Shown: in pieces, positions 11,781 through 24,438 of the stretch
Position numbering within the stretch: position 1 is the first letter of the stretch
How the letters are laid out: the number at the start of each line of letters is the position of its first letter
Origin: Felis catus
Taxonomy: Eukaryota
Assembly (NCBI RefSeq): GCF_018350175.1
Contig: NC_058368.1
Location: 95,482,001-95,546,000, forward strand
Direction of reading: 5' to 3'
DNA length: 64,000 nucleotides
The notes under the pieces: model-generated
What the model saw: only the letters and a program-made list of their open reading frames with translations
Told to the model about the DNA's origin: nothing
Databases searched by the model: none
Made by a program: the position numbers and the translations under genes

Positions 11781-12774
11781 GAACAGGAACCCTTAAACAA
11801 AACACAGTAACCACAGTAACAACGTTAGTACCAACCATTCTTTTTGGGGAGAGGTCCTTTCAAAACCTCTAAACTCTCCCTCTACATGGGCTCCATCCAA
11901 GCAATCCTGGGCCAATCAGCTACATGGACAAGGTAAGATCTCTGGATTTTTTTTTTTTACACCTTTTACCAGAAGATTAAATGGAAAAAAATTAACATAA
12001 AAAAATAACATACAATTTCATGTCAGATGATGGCATATGGAATCTAAAAATGCCCCTGGCTGGCAACATTCCAGTCTTTGGAAGAATCTTCACGTCATTC
12101 AGGGTAGCCTACAAGTGTTTCTGTTGTGACTTCCTCCTACTGCCGAAATTTTCCTGGCTTTCTTGTCTCTTCCTCCATGACCGATGCGTGCATCATTATT
12201 GGTCCCTGGTGACCCTCAAGGACATACTCAGCTTGTGAGCTCTATATTTTAGATGATTTTGAAGTGGATCACTTACATATTCTTACTAGACAGGTAACAG
12301 AAATAACACATACTTTTACATTGTTACGGTTGCCAGTTTCGTTTTTCTCTGGATAACCCCTGTACGACTTCCTTCAATACCATCCTTTCCTTCAAGACTT
12401 TCCTACTCCCCTTGAGCAGTTCATCTCTTTTCTGCTGTGTTTTGTGACAAACCAGCGTCATTTCCTGGTGACAGCGGCTCGTATTCTAGTTAGCTGGCTC
12501 CTTCCAATCTACTAACATGTGTTTCCTATTCTTAGAACTGCTCGTTTTCTGTTTGGTGTCTCTACAAATCAGTACCTACCCCAGAAGGCGATTTTTAAAG
12601 CCACAGTTTCTTCTTAATTTTGGGGTCTCTAACACCATTTCCTTTCTTCCAATTCTGACAAAAGTACGTTTTTGTTTTTGTTTATTTTTTTTAAAACTGA
12701 ACACTATTTTTCTTTAATGGTCACAGCAGTCCTGCTTCTCAGAGTTTGTTACTGAGCCAGGAACCTAGAACTGG

Positions 12775-12915
12775 GAGCTCAGGTCATGATCTCATGGTTC
12801 ATGAGATCCAGCCCCACGTGGGGCTCTGCCCTGACAGCATGGAGCCTGCTTGGGACTTTGTCCCTCCCTCCCTCCCTCCCTCCCTCTCTCACTCTAAATA
12901 AACATGAAAAAAAAA
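12775..12915 (+). mobile_element. Can-SINE, 5'-truncated
   Basis: gctcaggtcatgatctcatggttcatgag...aaataaacatgaaaaaaaa. Confidence 0.9.
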
Positions 12916-13247
12916 CTGTAGACTTTTATAAAAGTAACTTAAAATACATGGCCTTGGGTTTAGTTTATTTTTTGATAGAGAATAAATTATTCATTGTGTT
13001 GAGTGTAAAATTAATATACACTACCCACCTCCCCCCACTGCCCCTGTCCGTATCCGATAGTCTCGAGGAATGGCATAGGAGAGTACAGAAGTACCACTTT
13101 CTCATTGCCTTTCTTGTGTTTTGGCATATTACAGTTTTAGTGTCTTTATTCTTTTACTCTGGAAGATTTGTGGGGTCCGAGTATTCTTCTGTCTCGTGGT
13201 ACTTAACATTTGCACCTAATTAAGTGCTCAGCAAGCAGACCAAAGGC

Positions 13248-13265
13248 GGGGGGGGGGGGGGGGGG
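13248..13265. repeat. Poly-G run (18 G)
   Basis: Seen directly. Confidence 0.95.
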
Positions 13266-13989
13266 AAATAAGGAAGAACCGGTAGCTAGGAGGAGAGACA
13301 AGGAGAGAAAAGGGCAGAAAATGAAATTGTGACTCGTAAACGGTCACGGAACATCACTTAACTAAAGTGGCACTACTTGACAGGAAGCTTGGGCTACTCA
13401 AAAAGGTCGTCCTAGAATTTTCTCTCTTCATGAAGATCACTTCAGGTAAATGTAGATTTCATCAGCACGAGTAACTGCCTCTGAATGGGCACTTGCTGAA
13501 AATTGATTTGTTTTGCACATCTACTCCTATTAGAAGAAGATAAAATAATTGTTAGGTGCTTGGCGGAGTGTTTTGGAAAGAAAATAACTATTTACGTTAT
13601 GCAGAACAACATGCTTTATATTTTACGGTGTTTAGGTAGTCAAACTCAAAAACACTTTGGCTCTCAGGAAATCACGTCCTCCACACTGTTGCCAGTGGAA
13701 TGATGAATCCACTTTTCTGAATCATTCGTTCATTGTTAGTGCTAGAGTAAGCCATAGTGTTACAATTTTTATTACCAGATGGTATTTTGTAATGGCTTGT
13801 GTTTTGACCCAAGTTCTGAGGTCTGGCCAAATTGTTCGAGTTCTCTCATCTCTACTGTTAATATTTCTGAGCTTTAAAGAAAAATCTCACTGGTTAAACT
13901 GTTCTAACTAATAAGTCCCCAAATGAATAGAAATTTCGTTCTTCACAATCGGAGCTGCATTCTTGCTCCTTTCCAAGGATGGTGTTGGT

Positions 13990-14285
13990 GGTTCATAGGT
14001 GGTTTTTGTCCTCACAGTCACTGAGGAATCTTGAGTTCCTTCCAACTTGGGTCACTCCCATCTGCTAGAGCCTGCTTAAAATTGGTAACTGGCTGAGAAG
14101 TACATTCATTCTCAAAAGCCCCTGCCAGGAAGTGGTGCACAGGATTTAAACGTGAATTCCTTTGGAGAAGACTGGGTCATGTGACCAGCATAACTAAAGA
14201 GAGGCTGGGAAATGTAGTCTAGCCATGTGTTCTGCACATAATCCTATTAAGGTAGAAGGTGGAAACAGTAGCCTCTGCTACTGTC
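13990..14285 (-). mobile_element. MLT1 (MaLR) LTR fragment
   Basis: gggtcatgtgacc...gaggctgggaaatgtagtct is an MLT1 motif. Confidence 0.6.
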
Positions 14286-14319
14286 CTATGAATGTTTTTC
14301 TTCAAAAGGAGATCAACTA

Positions 14320-14560
14320 GGACCACCTGGGTGGCTCATTTGGTTGAGTGTCTGACTCTTGGTTTCGACTCAGGTCATGATCTCGCTGTTTCGTGATTTC
14401 GAGTCCCGCGTTGGACACTGTGTTGACACTGTGGAGCCTACTTGGGATTCTCTCTCTCTCTCCCTCCCTCCCTCCCTCCCTCCCTCCGTCCATCTCTGCC
14501 TCTCCCCCACTCAGGCTGTGTCTGTCACTCTCAAAACCTATAAATACACTTTAAAAAAAA
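14320..14560 (+). mobile_element. Can-SINE
   Basis: Head cacctgggtggctca, CT-rich region, A tail; imperfect TSD atcaacta/atcagcta. Confidence 0.92.
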
Positions 14561-15661
14561 TCAGCTATAAATCTGGAGATTAGTTCTTTAGCTTCCTGTA
14601 CCTGGTAGAAAGTGAAATGGATTTTTCCATGTTTATCCTTGGGCCCAAGCCGAAGATTTCTCTTGGAAATTCACCTTGCTCCTTTTAGAATTGTGGTCTA
14701 ATTTTCTATCCAAATAAAAATGACCCCAAATATATTAAATCCAGGATGTCTGTATTTGTAGTTTATTCCCATCACATGTTTTGATGCTTCCGGGTACATT
14801 CTCTGAGGAAACCCTTTGGCCTCACACTTAGGAATTTGAAGACATTGAAAATGAGATTGTAACATGAACTCACTTTGGGTTGGATCTGGAACCAGCTCTA
14901 TCAACAGTTACTATTTGTTATTTTTATTGAGAAATTATTAAGTGCCTGGCCCTTTGCACTGAAAAGTTTAGGTTCTCCTAGCAATAAAAAGCCTTACCTG
15001 ATGCTCTGAGAATCCTCTAGAATAGGTCAAAACAAGGGAAAACAATGAAAGAGGCAAACGAAAAATAATGATTTCATGGCCATGTCTAGCATTAAAATTT
15101 GTTTCCCATTTAACAAACCAATATAGCCACTGAACTCACCTAACTTAGGGTGGGGAGTGTTAGGATTAACAGGTATGTCGCTGCAATCTGCCTGCTCTGG
15201 AATGTCTGGCCCTGGAATTCTAATGAGAGGGAAAAGATGTAATTCCATGGGATTGAGTTCAAGTTTCTCAAGAGTCAAAGGTGCACACAAGTCCCCATAT
15301 CAAAAGTGATTTTCAGAGAGAACCTGGCGATGAAAACAACCTCCATCATGAAGAGCAAAGTTCTTGAGGCAAGCATTTTAGATATTTACTTACGTTCTAT
15401 TAAAAACGTCAAACTGGTCTACAGACCTCTTCAGGAGCACTATTCCTTTTTTGATGCCTCTATAGGTCATAAGCTGCTTTAGGTGATATGGGATGTTCTT
15501 GGTCCACCAACAGAGCCAGTGCCCAGTGAGATGACTCAGGGTCATGGGTTTTATCGTCAGTGACTTTATGCACAGCCCCCTTACTATTTTTAAGAAATGT
15601 ATCTTGGCTCATGGATGTGGTGTACTGGCAAAGAAAACAGGGACCATGGTTGTGATTCTGA

Positions 15662-16090
15662 CTTTTGAAATTGAAGTGAAATTCACATAACCTACAATGA
15701 ACCTTTTGCAAGTGTAATATTCCGTGGCATTTAGAACATTGACGATGCTGTGTAACTGCCCCCTCTCTGGTTTCAAAACTCTTCTCTCAACCCAGAAGAA
15801 CACCCAGTGCCCTTCAAGTAATCAATCCCCGTGTCCTCTTTTCCCATCTTGAGGCAACACTAATGTGTCTCATGTTTCTACGGATTTGCCTATTGTGGGT
15901 ATTTCAAATGTAAGAAACCATATAGTATGTGACCTTTGTATTTGGCTTATTTCACTGAATTTGATGTTTTAGAGTTTCATCCAAGTTGTAGCATGTATCA
16001 GTACTCCGTTCCTTTTTACAGCTAAACAGTATATATTCGTATATATATATGAAAATTTGTTCTCTACTTATGTCAGAGTTGCATTATTGA
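15662..16090 (-). mobile_element. L1MB-like 3' end
   Basis: aattcacataac...gtggcatttagaacatt...ttcatccaagttgtagcatgtatcagtactcc. Confidence 0.8.
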
Positions 16091-16384
16091 GGCTTTATTC
16101 TTTGCAGTGATGCTCAATTAAAAAAAAAGATACATTCTGTGCAGCATAATCCAGTTCTTGAAAGTAGGTACACACACAGAGAAAAAGAAGAAAGGAGGGA
16201 GAGGAGGAAGGAGAGAGAGAAGAAAAGCACTAGGGTAGATGTCAAAATTCTGTTTTGATTTTTCTGAATGCAGTCAGTGTATATTAATTTTATACTGGAC
16301 ACAATGATAATTTATTTTCTAACTATCAAAAAAAACCCCTAAACCCAAGACCGTATATTTTAAGTTACTTTTATAAAAGCCTAC

Positions 16385-16566
16385 TTTTTTTTTTTTTTAA
16401 TGTTTATTTGGAGAGATGGAGGGATGGAGGGAGGGAGGGAATCCCAAGCAGGTTCCATGTTGTCAGTGCAGAGCCCCAAGTGGGGCTCGATCTCAAGAAC
16501 CGTGAGATCATGACCTGAGCTGAAACTGCGTCCATCGCTTCAGCAACTAAGCCACACAGGCGCCCC
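16385..16566 (-). mobile_element. Can-SINE
   Basis: SINE body; imperfect TSD aaaagcctac/aaaagtttac. Confidence 0.92.
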
Positions 16567-17219
16567 AAAAGTTTACAGATTTTATTTACGTTTATTCACA
16601 TTTGGCTTTGGCTGTCCTGTTAATCATGCATTTGGACATAGCAAGAGGTGGTATATTTTGGAATTAATGGGGGGGGGTTCATATCATAAACTGACAATAT
16701 TTTACAAAGCACGAGCAACACACTGTTTAAAAATTTCAACAGAAGTTAAAATGTGCTTTTCAAGTCTTTGCACATTCTCTCTAGGACTTAAATCTTTTTC
16801 TTCCTATCTCAAAAATACAGGTAACTGCATGGTGTATTATCTGCTAGTGTGTCAGAGGTTGATAATGAACTTTATTTAAATTTGAATAGGGAATATCTGA
16901 GAACATGCTATTTTAAAGGAACAAGTAATGATATAATAACAGTTAACATGTGTTATTTAAACATCTGCCAGAGACTAATTCTATGAAGTAGGAATATATT
17001 AGCTCTAGACTAAAGACTTCTTCAGACCCTCTTAAAGAATAAAAAGCGTACAAAGGATCCAACGTACTTTAACTTACTTGCATGCCAGAATAATTCTAAC
17101 ACTGTTGAAAGTAATACAATAAAGTCAACCAAAAACACAAAATTGACTGTTCAGCATCCAATAGAGCATTTCCACGTGGCCTTCTTTGTGATTATTTGGC
17201 TTTTGGTTCCCTGGGCTTC

Positions 17220-18120
17220 TTAAACCCTCTGCACTGATATTTTTTAAAATTGTATGAGAATTTTTCTTTTTTTTTGGTCAAAAATGTTTTTGGCCTCCTT
17301 TTCTTTCTCTCCTGCTGTATTTCGATTGTATGTATGTTACAGAACTTGAAATTGTGCTTGATGTGATTGAAGCTCTGTTCATTTTCTTGTTTTCAGGAAG
17401 TTTTTTTCCTTCTGCACTTCCTTTTGGAGAGCGTTTACTGATCTGCCTCCAAATTCACTGATGTTTTCTTCTGGTGTCTTCCTGTCATGTTTAAAACATC
17501 TAAAAGGAAAATTTTCTTACTCTTCATTCTTAGAATTTGCATTTGCTTTATTTTTTAAAGATAGCTTATAGGCGTTTTTTGAGAGCCCTTATCTGTTCCT
17601 TTACCATGTCCATTTTTTCCTTTAAATCCTTCAACATACTTAGTTGTTAAAAAAAACTTTACCTGCTCATTTCCACATCTGTGTCATCTTTACAAGTGTT
17701 TCCATGGACGGATTGCCTGTGGTCACATTTCTGCCTCTCTAATGATGTTATTTTTACATAAGCTGTTTGCTGTGGGTACTGTGTTATTAAAAATCTTGAT
17801 TGTACCATCTTGACTTAATGATGGTTGGATCTGCTTCTGATTGGCTGTCAACTTACGAGAGGCTCAGCTTGAACTTGTCAGGGGTTGATTTTGACTTTGT
17901 TAGGGCAATTCCAGAGTCACTTTGAGGCCGGGTTGAGTGTAGCTCCATTCAACAGCTCCATCTGTACTGAGACCTCTCTTAAATGTGTGGCACGCCCAGC
18001 GAGGTTTTCTGTCTGAGGCTGGTCAGTGCTCCCCCATTGTACAGCACGGTGAACCTTCCAGAATCTCTTTAAGCTCCTCAACCCCAGTAGTTGTTTTGTG
18101 TTATGCCGTATGGAATATTT
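17220..18120 (-). mobile_element. Old L1 ORF1/5' region fragment
   Basis: T-rich with motifs such as gatctgcctccaaattcactgatgttttcttctg and acatctgtgtcatc. Confidence 0.55.
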
Positions 18121-18619
18121 CCTGAAGCTGTATGCGTAGCTTCGTATTTAGCCTGAGACCCTGGCGGACTCTAGCACTCATTGCTGTGCAGCTTCTTCCT
18201 CTTCAGTGTCCAATCTCACCAGTTGCAGCCTTTCCAGTAGCCCCGAACCCTGACTCTATGTCCTCTGTGGAGCCAGACCATCCTTGTCCGTTGGAGCACT
18301 CCTGCTCAGTGTTGGGATTTGAAGCATGCCCCACATGATTATGGAGCACCAAGCACAGATTTTCCAGCCCTCCAGGGTCCCAGACAAGTGCTGTCCATCG
18401 TGCCATGACTGAAAACCATTATAGGCTTGATCCCACTCTTACACTTACAATGGGAGTTTTTTATACATATAACGCTGCTGAGAATTACACCATTATAGTC
18501 AAAGTTGGAGGTTGCTAAATTACTTTCTTGGAAGATGCTAAATTTGCATGAAGTCCCTTTCACTAATATTTATTATTTCTAGGGTGTTCTGGCTTCTGTC
18601 TCTTTCCTTGGCTGGCTCC

Positions 18620-18915
18620 TTATCATTCGGGTGTCTGTTCAAATGTCACCTTCTGTGATCTTTGGATCTAAAATACCCTGAGCCCTTTCAGTACATCTGT
18701 AGTTCAATACTCTGTTTTCTTTTCTTCATCTCTTTCATTACCACCTGACATGACCTCGTTGGTTTATTCCTGTACTTGTTCACTGTCTCCCTTGCTTGCT
18801 AGAATGTAAACTCCTTGGGGGCTGTGATCTTCTCATTCTATTTCAGTGCTCCAATCCCAGAGCCAGCCCGGTGACTGGCACTGAAAGGTGCTTCTGGAAT
18901 AGTGGTAAGATGAAC
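18620..18915 (+). mobile_element. L2 3' end
   Basis: caaatgtcaccttc...ctagaatgtaaactcc...ctggcac. Confidence 0.75.
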
Positions 18916-19699
18916 AGAGACACAAGAAAGTTGCACTGGTCTCGAAACCCTGAATTAACTGGATGGTATTGGCTGAGGTGCTCTGGGCAGTTCACCTGAA
19001 GTAGGCGTAGGCTACTAAACCCAGAATCTTTGCGAGCTTGTCTTATACCCTCGTCTGTGATACTGGGGAAAAGGTACTTTACCTCGGCTTGAAAAAAAAT
19101 TGAACCTAGAATACTTACCCTCCGTTTACTTCATTGTATTTCATTGAGTGAATCACATTTTAATGGCACTTTTGTGAAAATAAATAAGATATCTGAAAAC
19201 CATGTTTTGTAACTGGACATATTAGAAATTTTAAGACTTCCACGTGATTTAACGAGTATATCGGCATTCTCAATGAATGCTTGGCAATTTGGGAATTAAC
19301 ATTTGACAAAATTAACGGTGTTTGTGAAACTTTTAGAGTTGAAAGAATAAGGAGACAAGATGGAGAAACTTGAAAAGCTGAAAATGTAGACACAATTTAA
19401 AAATTTTAAGGTGTCCTGCCATTACACGTTACTTAGCAATGGAAGTAAAAAAAAACTATTTGACGCTTTTCAAAATTGCTAATTGACTCCTCCATGAAGT
19501 CATAGATTGCATTTCCTTCTCTGTCATTTCGGTGTTCTTTCCAAATGATGTTATTTTCCTGCTTCAAATAACTTGTATACCTAAGGAGGCACAAATATTT
19601 CATGTGTATTTATCAGATTCACTTCTGTCTGTTACGACTAAGTACTTGCAATGAACAAAAACTGCCAAAAAGATGCATCATTTAAACTTTTTTTGTTTA

Positions 19700-19915
19700 G
19701 GGGCATCTGGGTGACTCAGCTGATTAAGCATCCCACTTTGGCTCAGGTCACAATCTTGCAGTCTGGGAGTTCAAGCCCTGCATCGGGCTCTGTGCTGACA
19801 GCTCAGAGCCTGGAACCTGCTTTGGATTCTGTGTCTCCGTCTCTCTCTCTCTGCCCTTTCCTTCCTCGCACTCTGTTTCTCTCTCAAAGATAAATGTTAA
19901 AAAATTTTTAAAAAA
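19700..19915 (+). mobile_element. Can-SINE nested in the tail of an opposite-strand SINE
   Basis: Head ggggcatctgggtgactcag, full body and A tail. Confidence 0.93.
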
Positions 19916-19917
19916 TA

Positions 19918-20134
19918 TTTTTGTGTAATTTTTGTTTTTGAGAGACAGAGTGCAATCTTTGTGTAATCTTTATTTGTTTTTGAGAGAGAGAGAGGGAGAC
20001 ACAGAATGTGAAGCAGGCTCCAGGCTCTGAGCTGTCAGCACAGCACCGGACACGGGGCTCAAACCCCTGAACCGCAAGTTCATGACCTGAGCCGAAGTCA
20101 GACGCTCAACCGACTGAGCGCCCCCAGGCTCCCC
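19918..20134 (-). mobile_element. Can-SINE with a duplicated 3' segment
   Basis: SINE body; outer TSD aaaagatgcatcattt / aaaagatgggtcattt brackets both SINEs. Confidence 0.93.
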
Positions 20135-21411
20135 AAAAGATGGGTCATTTTAGCTCATGTTACGTATTTGTATGAATTGTAAATATGGAAGACACTGGAA
20201 GCAACTTTTAGTCACAGAAGACTTCCACATGAAGGGCTAGAATATGCTATGTTATGTAGAGTATATAGAGGGCTCTTACACTGAAGTTTCTAGCCCATAA
20301 TTTTCCTTGGACAAGGTTTGGCAATTGAGAAAGACACTTCTTAGGGCAGTAAAATGGAAGAGCCTGTAAACAGCTACGTAAACTCATGATTTGAAAAATG
20401 TACGAGTTCTGGCACAATTGGGGCTTTGATCTAGGTATTAAATGCCTAGGAGATCAATAACTGCTTTTGTAGCATCTGTTGAAAAATGATGTGCTGTACT
20501 TGAGACATCCTGAAGACATTGGAGCAGTGTTCTTGTTCGCCTTGATGAGAAACCACAAGAACGACAATATAATATGCATGCTAGGATAACACGATGGCTT
20601 AAAGGGCTTGAAAATATTGACAACGAGCTGTCCTTGAATGTGTTCAGTGAAGCAAAATGCTCCTGCGAGTTTGAACGTTGGGGCATTGAGATGGCGTATA
20701 GATTCTCCTCACAGCGTGCTGAGACGGGACCAGATGTGTTTATGGAACAACTTTCCTTAATGCACGTTGTATGGAAAACAATTTCCAGAATGTAGATCTT
20801 TGTTGCACGAAGCATCCATTTCAATAAGATAAAAACAGAGTCAGATGTGGCAGCCATTCAGCAAAGGAGAGCTAACTCTGCTTTTGGGGGAGACCTAGTG
20901 CAGGAGTATTGGAATTGAGGTTTCATTAAGAATTTCATATTCTTTGCCAATCATCTTTTTGCTTTATGAATACGGTAGTTGTTCCTTTTTCTGAAATGTC
21001 ATCTGGAGAGAGACCTAGCTTCACTCAGTTTAATAGGTACATATCTCATTTGAGAGCTGGAAATGCATGCATGTGGCAAGTAAGAGACAAATTGGAAAAG
21101 TTGAGTGTATACATCTTCAGTCACACTGAGAAAATCCGTCCAAGCCCATTTTTTTTGTCATGAGATGACAGGCCTGTATTCGAGAAAATTGGATCAGGCC
21201 TGTCAGTATATTACGGATATGAACCCACCATCTAATAAATATTCTATAGTTCCCACTAATGGACGAAACATATCTACATGACCTGCAGGGTGGAAGGATG
21301 GGAATTCGTGTTATGTCAGTTTTCACTTGAACCTTCTTCCTCAAGGTCGGCTTGCTAGGAAAATAGGCAGCAATGCCAAGGTTCTCTGGTTCAGCAGCAT
21401 AAGTAGAGTTA

Positions 21412-21656
21412 TTTAAAAAAAATCTTTTTTTCATTTTTATTTTTTTATCTTGAGAGAGAGAGGGGGGTGGTGGAGAGAGAGAGGCAGAGAGAGAGAGAGA
21501 GGGAGAGAGAGAGAGAGGGAGAGAGAGAATCCCAAGCAGGCTCTGTGCTCTCCTTGCAGAGCCCAACATGGGGCTCGATCCTATGAACCATGAGATCATG
21601 ACGTGAGCTGAAATCAGGAGTCAGATGCTTAACACACTGAGCCAGCCAAGTGCCCC
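21412..21656 (-). mobile_element. Can-SINE
   Basis: TSD gcataagtagagtta at 21397-21411 and 21660-21674. Confidence 0.95.
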
Positions 21657-22144
21657 GCTGCATAAGTAGAGTTACTAATCAGCCTTCTGGTCTTTCTCTG
21701 CTTACTTTTATTGTTTGGTTCATTAATAAGATATCAAGGGCCCCACCAAGCAGTGATATATGAGTAAGGATCTTGGAGAACTGAGAGTTCTAGTCGCATG
21801 GGTATGTAGGAGAACAGTGTTCTACACCAAAGAAGGAGCAAGAAGAGGGCCTTGAATCAGTAAATACCATTGACCTTAGATTATGTATCCTTTCTTTGTT
21901 GGTTCATTCATTCATTTATATACCTGCTCACCACTGAGCAACTCTTGACCACTTACTATTCATAAAGCTTTGACTTAAGTACTAGAAGAAATTAAGGTAA
22001 ACCATGCATACTAATTTTACCAAGTTACATGATTATTCAAGTAAGCAAAAGATGAGTAAACGTATTTCAAAGACTAGCAAGTCACTTGTTGAGTCTGTTA
22101 CCACCACAGCAGACATTTTGCTCTTTCTAGAATTCACCGGGTAG

Positions 22145-22500
22145 ACTCTCACTTAGCCCTTTGCCTCTGTCTGAAATGCTGTTTCCTCACAGGTCCACAT
22201 GGTTAATACTCTAATTGTGTTCAGAATGTATTTACAAAGTACCACTTTAGTGAGGACTTTATAGGTCGCCCTGTCTGAAATGTTAAGCTCCATAATATTT
22301 CTCTGTCCTGCTTTATCGTTGCTATTATTTTACAGTTAGTGTTTATTGTCTGACACTATATATTGTAGTTACTCTGTTCCTTGTCTCTCTTTTCTCTAAG
22401 AATGTTAGCTCCATGACTGGTGGAACTTGTTGGTTTATTTCTGTTTCTCCACTGTCTAGAACTATTCCTGGGAGGTAGTAGCTGCTCCATAAATTTTCGT
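22145..22500 (+). mobile_element. L2 3' end
   Basis: agaatgttagctccatg...gtagtagctgctccataaat. Confidence 0.7.
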
Positions 22501-23329
22501 GGCAGCATGGGTAGACCTAGGAACTGCGATGCCCAGAGCAGCGTGAGCCGTACTCCATGATGTATGTGAAAGATAAGGAAAAGAATAGACATGCATGTGC
22601 TCTTACGTACATTAAAACATCCCTAGAAAGGATCACAAAACACATCACTTGTGGAATGTAGGATGACGAGGAGGGTGGCTGGAGAGAGTGTTCATGCACT
22701 GTATGTTTTCAAATACATCTGAACTGAAAACTCTAGCAATTACCTATCGAAAATACCAGGTAAAAATTAGAATTGCAAAAAAAAAAAAAAGTACTAGGTA
22801 AAAAGCGACAAAGGCAAAGACAGAACAGATACAGTGCTATGGGACTCCTACTGGAAGAAAACACCGCTGAAGCCTTGGTCTCAAAGCATGGGTGCCATGC
22901 GGGGTTATGGGGGTGCCACTGAGTGCGTGACGTTAATGAAGAGATCAGCACAACCTCTCCAGATGCAGGGAAAAGAAAACAAAAAAGCAAATCCAGGCTA
23001 TCATTCCAGGAACAGATGTAGTTTTGGAATCAAGCATGCAAAAATTGGGGGTGGAGGGAAATGTGTTGATAGTTGAAAGCAAAATGTGGATGCCTTGGTC
23101 TCCAGGTTCAGGAGTCTGGATTTGCATTTGTCAAATAATAGGACTCCTGATAAGAATGACAGGACATATGCCCCGAAATTCTCTGGTAATGTTAAGCCAA
23201 AGATGAACAAATGTGAACATGGATTATGAAGATAGAGCCAGTTGTTGCCAGAATGAGGGAAGGGTGACAAAAGAGAGAAAATCAGAGATTTGATAAACAT
23301 CTATTTATTTCCTCTAGATTTGCATTTCT

Positions 23330-23700
23330 CTCTCAAAAAAAAAAGTGATCCATCTTTATAAAAGTATCTATCATGGCATAAATACAGTAAAGTTAAATCC
23401 TTATCTTCGATCACTTTCCCAGAGGTAATCATGTCCTTGGAGGTACATATTTCAGTATTTTTTTTCTCGAAACTTGTAAGGACACATACCTTTAAAAAAA
23501 AAGGAGTCCATATTGTGCACGCTGTTACATAACATATTGCACTGACATCATTTGGTAACAATTTATACAGGGCTGAAATAGTCCTTGTACAGTGTATGAT
23601 GTTCCATTGGGGGGGAACATACCATAATTATTTTAACTAATTCAAGCATAAGTGGATATTGAATTGTTATCCTGTATCTTTGCTGTTTAGAGACCATCTT
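23330..23700 (-). mobile_element. Old L1 (L1ME-like) fragment
   Basis: ttcccagaggtaatc...gttccattg...ataccataattattttaac. Confidence 0.5.
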
Positions 23701-23884
23701 TCGAGTCTTTAGTCTCTATTCTGTCAGGTATTACTCAATTTTACTGCTATTGCCTTTGCGTTCTTGCTTTCTTTACATGAAGTTGATAGATAACTTGGTA
23801 CTCAAAAAGTAGCCTGTATTGTTACAAACCAATTTAGAAATTCTAACCATGTTAGGAAAAAAAAAAAAAAGGAACACCTAACGA

Positions 23885-24438
23885 TGTGTTCCAGTTACCT
23901 ATTGTGGTATAACAAATCACCCCAAACCTGAGGGTCTTAAAAACAACTTGTTATTCTTTCTCAGGTTCTGTGGGTTGTCTGGGCACTGGTGGGTGGTTCT
24001 AACTTGGGATCGCCATGCTGCGTAGGGAGATGGTGCCTGGGGCTGTAGTCATCCGAAGGCTCGACTGGGCTGTTCTGTAAAATGAAGTCTTCATTCACGT
24101 GTCCGGTGCCTCTGTGTTAACTGATTGCACACTATTCATCTCCTTTTCATGGAGATTAGCCTTCCTCAAGAATGGTGGCCCGATGGTTGTGCTTCCTTGC
24201 ATGGTAGCTAGCTTCCAAGAAGGAGGAAATGGAAATTGACAGGCCAGTTCAGGGCGATTCCCAGAATGGCAGTAGTGTGACCTGTTCCATGTTCTTTGGG
24301 TCAAAGCAGTGACACGACTCACCTGGGTTTAAAGAGGTAGAGACTCTAATGTTTGATGGTGGAGTGGCAAGATCATGTTGAAGACCATGGGGGTGGGTTG
24401 ATACTGCAGTGGCATTTTTGGAAAATACTATCTAAACT
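23885..24438 (-). mobile_element. MLT1 solo LTR (~550 bp)
   Basis: Starts tgtgttccagttacctattgtggtataacaaatcaccccaaa; ends gcatttttggaaaatac; LTR-sized. Confidence 0.8.

Larger units (their letters stand above)
19150..21070 (+). mobile_element. Decayed hAT-superfamily (Tip100/Arthur, ZNF862-like) transposase fossil
   Basis: Colinear peptide remnants with stops and frameshifts: FVTGHIRNFKTST (19206), YLAME (19430), CNE..IILAHVTYL (19647, across the SINE pair), RLDE..TRWL (to 20600), FQNVDL (20783), and hATC-like VVVPFSEMSSGERPSFTQFNRYISHLR (20975-21055). Confidence 0.7.

Noticed and set aside
13698..13727. gaatgatga...ctgaatcattc small hairpin with C and D box words
   Set aside because: Far too short for a snoRNA; compatible with chance
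20438..20857. 139-aa minus-strand ORF
   Set aside because: No recognisable homology; it lies antisense to the hAT-like peptides and is best explained as a shadow frame
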